Source: Octopus bimaculoides
Lineage: Eukaryota
Assembly: GCF_001194135.2 (NCBI RefSeq)
Contig: NC_068991.1
Coordinates: 17,401,616-17,445,820 of the forward strand
DNA: 44,205 nt
Direction of reading: 5' to 3'
Positions 37,549 through 44,205 of the stretch are shown here, in pieces. The notes beneath the pieces are model-generated. The model did no database searches. It was not told the origin of the DNA and worked only from the letters and a program-made list of their open reading frames with translations. The position numbers and the translations under genes are program-made. Positions within the stretch are counted from its first letter, which is position 1. Each line of letters opens with the position of its first letter.

Positions 37549-38053
37549 TACTCTGCTAGTCTCCTGCTCTCCCGACCATGTTCTTGAGGCACGAGACTTA
37601 TTTAACTCTCAAATAAGAGGACTGGTTTACGTGNNNNNNNNNNNNNNNNNNNNNNNNNNNNNNNNNNNNNNNNNNNNNNNNNNNNNNNNNNNNNNNNNNN
37701 NNNNNNNNNNNNNNNNNNNNNNNNNNNNNNNNNNNNNNNNNNNNNNNNNNNNNNNNNNNNNNNNNNNNNNNNNNNNNNNNNNNNNNNNNNNNNNNNNNNN
37801 NNNNNNNNNNNNNNNNNNNNNNNNNNNNNNNNNNNNNNNNNNNNNNNNNNNNNNNNNNNNNNNNNNNNNNNNNNNNNNNNNNNNNNNNNNNNNNNNNNNN
37901 NNNNNNNNNNNNNNNNNNNNNNNNNNNNNNNNNNNNNNNNNNNNNNNNNNNNNNNNNNNNNNNNNNNNNNNNNNNNNNNNNNNNNNNNNNNNNNNNNNNN
38001 NNNNNNNNNNNNNNNNNNNNNNNNNNNNNNNNNNNNNNNNNNNNNNNNNNNNN

Positions 38054-38243
38054 TTAAAGCTCCAGGGGATGGTGGCGAACCCTGCTGTACTCTTTCACCA
38101 CAACTTTCTCTCACTCTTTCTTCCTTTTTCTTGAGTAACGCTGTCATGGACTGGCGTCCCGTCCAGTGGGGGGGGGGACACCTACGCCATAGAAACCGGG
38201 AAACCGGGCCCATGAGCCTGGCTAGGCTTAAAGGGCGCATAAA
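38054..38243 (+). mobile_element. SINE with a family-A body and a V-domain-like tail (head lost in gap)
   Basis: TTAAAGCTCCAGGGGATGGTGGCG...CTCACTCT is followed by GCTGTCATGGACTGGCGTCCCGTCCAG...AGAAACCGGG instead of the family-A tail. Confidence 0.7.
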
Positions 38244-38721
38244 TTAAAAAAAAAATAATAAATCAGTTCATTCTAAACAATTACACGCACATACACCTTT
38301 TGGTAATGCGTCAACCTATATGCAATTTCCACCTGCGATTTTTACCTACAGTGTGATTTTTGGTCACGCGTACAAGTTGAACAGACTGCATGTATACAAT
38401 CAAAACGCGGCTTTAAATTATAGAGATTGCAGATTTGCCACCCCCTCAAATGGCATATTTGAGGGGGTGGCTACCATGGGATTTATGAGCCCTAAAAATC
38501 ACCGACACAGATCAAAGTGTAGTTACGCTAGAAATCGAGCGGACAGCCATGATTACACACACACATACAGGGATCTCCATCGGCTTCGACGATGAATATT
38601 CAGGTGATCAATCAAATGAATTACGTGTTAATTGAACCCTGTGCCTGTCCAAAGCATTTTCATAAGTTTGCTCTAAACGTCCATGCTTGTTTTCAGACTT
38701 CCAGTTCGCCCTTGTTTCATG

Positions 38722-39135
38722 CTCTTTACTCTTTACTCTCTCTTTTACTTGTTTCAGTCATTTGACTGCGGCCATGCTGGAGCACCGCCTTTAGTCGAGC
38801 AAATCGACCCCCAGGACTTATTCTTTGTAAGCCTAGTACTTATTCTATCGGTCCCTTTTGCCGAACCGCTAAGTTACGGGGACATAAACACACCAGCATC
38901 GGTTGTCAAGCGATGTTTGGGAGGGACAAACACAGACACACAAACACACATACACATATATATACATATATATATGACGGGCTTCTTTCAGTTTCCGTCT
39001 ACCAAATCCACTCACAAGGCTTTGGTCGGCCCGAGGCTATAGTAGAAGACACTCGCCCAAGGTGCCACGCAGTGGGACTGAACCCAGAACTATGTGGTTG
39101 GTAAGCAAGCTACTTACCACACAGCCACTCATGCG
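38722..39135 (-). mobile_element. Full-length family-B SINE
   Basis: Reverse complement of the 24008-24416 element, including the AAAGAG-repeat tail. Confidence 0.9.
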
Positions 39136-40315
39136 TTCTGAATAATATTAAAACTTTACTTTCCTAAGTGCCAAGTTACTCTGGTGGTTGACAAAAATTG
39201 GGATTGTATATCATATATGATGCAAAGACTGGCAAATCTGTCCTGTATATCACACGTGATACACAAGACTGGCATATGATTATGTAGCGTGTCTGTAGGA
39301 GAACATTTCACAGACACGTGTATCATTGATATAATTCTCAAGTGAAGAATCAGCGTAACACAGTGTGACAAGCTGAATCTTTGACTTAAAGATACAATTC
39401 ATCCGAAAGTCTTCCACACAGTTTCCGTTCGCCCAGTTAGACTAATATACATGTGTAAGCACACATATGAACACGTTTTTTTTTTTATTAGCAATCGGCA
39501 GAAGTAACAGTGAATCAAGGGCCGTGTTTCCTGCACTGGCAGTTTTGATAAAATTCTCGGCCCTTGAGTCACGTCACTCTAATTTCTACCAATTATTGAC
39601 AATAAAAGAAAACGTATGTATACTCGTGTTTTGGGTTTTATCTTCCTCTGTGTGTATGTGTGTTTACGTACATATAACACATACAGACACACACACAAAT
39701 CATTTTAATAATAAGGAGAAAGAAGGGCCTAAAATGCTTGAAAAGACCTTTGACTAGAGAGGATATGTCCTGAGTTTGTACCTGCAGATATTTACAAAAT
39801 AGTTCTACATCTGTTCGTTTATCAAGTAGGAAAACATTGTTAGATTCATGAGAGAAACCAGTGGGGAAAACCTTTGCATGATTATCGTACATATACCGCA
39901 AGATCACCAGGATTGATGTTCGATTCCATGAGACTCATGCGCATGTGTATGCGTATATATATGTATGGTATGCATCCGTGTGTGTGTGTGACACTGCATT
40001 GTTACGAAAGATAACGTAAAGTGGATGTTATTGTAACAAGCACTCCAGCTTTTATTACGTGTATAGGGGAAGGTAGGGAGATGGAAAAATCGTTCGCCGG
40101 GAGTTACAAAAGGGACTTCTTGAGCGCAGTATTGAAGAAGAGTGAGTGCAGCATTTAAGGAAGTGGGGGGGGGGTGAGAACCATCTTTAAGTGGGAGTGA
40201 GAGAAGTATTCATTTAAGAGGGGGTTTTAAATACAGCATTTGCAATAGAAACAGGTACTGATATAGTTTAAACGATGAACTCTCTGACTCTCCCCTTCCT
40301 TTCCCCCCTCTCTCA

Positions 40316-40372
<57 letters not shown>

Positions 40373-40730
40373 CCCGCGATCACTCCCAATACTTATACTA
40401 TATCCTGGACTTTCACAGCCACCACTGCTTAGAAAGAAAAGAAGGGAAAAAAACAGCATTATTTTACGCGTATACAATTATATATACCTTCGCCTGAGAT
40501 CGCAATAGCGTGAAACTCAAGTCGCAAAGCAAATTCAGTTTCAGATTGAATCTTTTAAAAAATATTTCCTCTACAACATGTATTGAACACTTCTTTCACA
40601 TTCATTCGACATAAAGCAACGTATGTATATCACACACACACACACATTTACAATAAACTGGGGAATAAGTTTAAAATCTAGAAAATCGCAGCAAAATTAG
40701 GAAAAGAAACAGTGTTGGTTAAACAAGGGG

Positions 40731-40779
<49 letters not shown>

Positions 40780-42796
40780 GATAAGTAGAGAAAGAGAGAG
40801 GGGAGAAAGACATACATAAAGATGATAAATCATACTTCCATCTATACATATACACACATGCGTACACACGCTACATATACACATTTATATAGATTTAATA
40901 AAAACTTCTACACACGTGTAAATAAAACAGGGACAGAAAAAATATGCAAGTTTTTATTCATATTGTGTATACAACAAACATACGCATATATATATACATA
41001 TGCACACACGCGATATATACATACATTCTCATTGAAGTATGAGAAATATATATATATATATATATATATCACAAGGAATGTATAAAGCAGACAAATAATG
41101 CCAGCAGCAGACAAACATGAAAATCAGCAAATCTACTCCCCTTCCTCCTTCTCGCGGTTCCTTATTTTCCTCCCTTAAATCTCATTACCAATCTATATCC
41201 CTCTTTCCTTCCCTTCTTTCTACCGACTATCCTCACAACTGTTTTCCCACCCCCTCACTCCCTCTATATTTGTTTCCACCTCTGTTTGTACCTCTCACTC
41301 CTACCCCGATCACCAGCAATGCATTTTCCCCTTACGTACCCACTCCCTACACCTACACGCACAAATTCTCCGCGTGCGCCTGCATGCGCGCTCCTTATTA
41401 CGCTCTCTTTATAAACTACCCCCCCACCTCTCCGCCCCGACGCAACGTTACAACTACTACTTCTAAATTTTTTCTATCCTCTTCCTCCCTCCTCTTACTA
41501 ACCCTCCAGACGACCGGCCACTCAATGGGGCTCAGCTACTCCTACTCCCTATGCTAATCCATCTCTATCTACACCCCTTTCAATCTGTTACTACACAAGA
41601 CTTGTAATAAAGGTTTGATCGCTTGGTGGGTGGGTGTGAGCGCTATATGTGTGCGTGCGTGCATGTGTGTGCTTGTGTGTGTGTATATAGCGCAACATAA
41701 GCAACTCTCAACCCTTGAGTCACTTATATAACTTTACACTATTCTTCTGTTTCTTCCTTGAAATACATAAAAACATAAAGTGTGTGCGTGTGTAATTTTG
41801 TTCGTCTGCGACATTACAGGCGAACAGAACAAGTTGAGAAAATATACCGGCAACAATAAGTATGTGGATTTTCACACACACACACTTTATACATATATAC
41901 ACACAATATTACGGATATTATCACATGGGTATGTATATGCGTGTGTGTGTGTACATACGTACACAAACACACAATCATATACCATAGCTGTGATAATAAA
42001 TATACGCCTTGCTACAAAATAAACAATTAAAACCTCCGCGACTCCCACCCATTAACAACCTGTCACGATAAGTAGTAGTAGTAGTAGTAGTAGTAGCTGC
42101 AGCAGCAGCGTGCATCTACTACTACGATTGGTTTTGTTGATGTGGTGGTCATGTTAAGATTCACCTAGAGTTGATTAGATAAGGAATCACTGAATGCATG
42201 ATTGCTGATGGGTGGTAGTGATGATGATGGTGGTAATGTGATGACAGTTACTGTTGTGTAGCCCTAGGTGATCCCTTAACGAGTAATTCCTGTGGTGGTG
42301 TGTAGGTAAGTCGGCCTGAAGTCGAGGCGCGACACAAACAACAGATCCACAAAGAGTGGCGATGCGATGAAAACGCAGCAATTTGAAATCGCATCACTTA
42401 AACATAACAATGTTTGCCACAGTGTGTGTCTGTACACATCACAAACACAAAGCAGACGAGATGCTGGAATTTCGGGTACAAATAAACTATTAAAATGCTC
42501 GCAGTGATGACGAATCCAGATTCCGTTCACATCCGCACTGGGAATGCATTAAACAAACACCACATACAATTACAAGATTAAATTCCTAGCAGATCTTTGA
42601 TCACTATTGTTTTTTTAGCCCTAACTGAACAACCTATGTATCAAAGACAATTCTATACGCTGTAACCATGTATGTTTTTTGTTACCAGCGAGTGGATGTA
42701 GTCTTACATTTAGGCTACTATTTCCAGACGGTCGAGGAACCGTGTGCACAAGAGGATCCCTGGTATGGTTCTGTGCCACTTTAAAAAAATGGTTAT

Positions 42797-42985
42797 CTTT
42801 TATCTTCTTTCAGTTGTTAGACTGCGACTATGCTGGAGCACGGCCTAAAAGAATTTTTAATCGAATGAATCGACCCCAGAACGTTTTTATTTTAGGTATT
42901 TACTCTATCGCTCTCTTTTGCCGAACCGCTAATTTACGGGGACGTAAACACACCAACACCGGTTGTCAAGCAGTCTTGGGGACAA

Positions 42986-43034
<49 letters not shown>

Positions 43035-43185
43035 GCGACGGGTTTCTTTCAGTTTCCGTCTACAATAAATTAACTCCGAAAGCTTTGGTCGGCCCGAGGC
43101 TATTAGTAGAAGACACTTGCCCAAAGTGCCACGCAGTGGGACTGAACCCAGAACTGTGTGGTTGAGAAGCAGACTTCTTACTGCA
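42797..43185 (-). mobile_element. Diverged family-B SINE that retains CpGs
   Basis: Colinear with 38722-39135 (GCCGAACCGCTAA...CGGTTGTCAAGC...GGACTGAACCCAGAAC). Confidence 0.8.
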
Positions 43186-43954
43186 CCAAGGTAGCGATAG
43201 TCACTTATATTAATACATCGTTGGGTGGGGAGCATGACCGTCATGTGATCTCATTTCTCGCTTCACCATACAAAAGAACCGGTATTGGTGCTTCCATAAG
43301 AATGGAATAACCATAATCATTTCTTATACTTGAAAAAGTTGTACAACCAAGAATGTTGGTAGATAAGATGTAGTGGCGTTAAACGGAGTTCAAATGCGTT
43401 AGCTGCGATCGTAATAATAATAATAATTTCTAACATAAGTACAAGGCTAGAAATTTGGAGCGAAGGATTAGTCAATTCCATCAACTGATACTTAATATTA
43501 TCGACTCCGAAAATATAACATGGAAAGTTAGCTACTGTGGGAACTGAACGTATGTATATATAAAAACGTCAGAACTAAAAACCGCAAAGTATTTTGGTCG
43601 CTTTTCGACGATATCCGCCGATCCACCTTCTTAGCTATCGTAATAACAATTTCTGATTTAGGCACAAAGCCGGCAGTTTTTGAGAGCGACCTCATTCCTT
43701 AATACTTTATTTTATAGAACCCTGAAAGACGAGAAGCAAAATTGATTTCAGTAGGATTTGAACATAAAACGTAAAAGACCGTAACAAAATACGTCCAATG
43801 CATTTTGTCCAACGTTCTAACGACTCTGCCAACCCACAAGAATAACTGGTGATAACATAACAGCTCCGAACAAAAGAAAAAGCTATCAAATCGACTAAAG
43901 GGAAATTGTCACAACATACACACACTGAGAACAAGCTGCATGCATGCATGCATT

Positions 43955-44100
43955 CATGCCGTGTGGTTAGGAAATTATTTCGTAAGCACATAGGCTCAGG
44001 TTCAGTCCCACCGGGTGGCAACTTGGGCAAGTGTCTAGCCCAGGGTGTGTAAGGCCTTGTGAGTGGATTTGGCAAACGGAAACTGAAAGAACTCATAGTA
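43955..44100 (+). mobile_element. Partial family-B SINE (5' half) running into (GT)n/(GA)n
   Basis: GGTTCAGTCCCACC...TTGGGCAAGTGTCT...GCCTTGTGAGTGGATTTGG...GGAAACTGAAAGAA. Confidence 0.75.
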
Positions 44101-44101
44101 T

Positions 44102-44104
<3 letters not shown>

Positions 44105-44136
<32 letters not shown>

Positions 44137-44163
44137 ATAGAGAGAGAGAGGGAGAGAGAGGTG

Positions 44164-44202
<39 letters not shown>

Positions 44203-44205
44203 GAG
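44105..44205. repeat. (GT)n then (GA)n microsatellite to the window end
   Basis: Direct reading. Confidence 0.95.

Noticed and set aside
35888-38134. Two ORFs beginning MSVECSATCTLISRAGCSVDRINWNP
   Set aside because: Both are translations of the family-A SINE tail, not a duplicated gene.
41117-41557. 146-aa Ser/Pro/Thr-rich ORF
   Set aside because: A product of the C/T-skewed low-complexity tract, with no domain signal.

Overview
Eukaryotic, AT-rich, microsatellite- and SINE-dense draft genomic DNA with nine N gaps. The tRNA-derived SINE families match those I recognise from Octopus, so the species assignment is an inference. One protein-coding gene is supported, on the minus strand. Four exons (13307-13427, 9413-9510, 4904-5423, 1862-2220) join by GT-AG with matching phases into 365 codons plus a stop. 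They encode a short LRR array, a BC-box/cullin-box-like segment, a CxxC...CxxxC putative zinc module (LRRC58/LRRC28-like architecture) and a Cys-rich tail ending in a CCaX prenylation-type motif (CCLQ*). The 5' coding exon(s) are not firmly located. The rest is intronic or intergenic: several modular SINE families, two hAT-type MITEs, a 691-bp foldback element, a Helentron-like element, a LINE 3' remnant and simple repeats. CpG content appears to rise at about 29-30 kb, consistent with a methylated gene body to the left and unmethylated promoter/intergenic DNA to the right. I found no multi-gene novel system, CRISPR array or structural RNA gene. The best candidate for something undescribed is the apparently lipid-anchored LRR cullin-adaptor-like protein.
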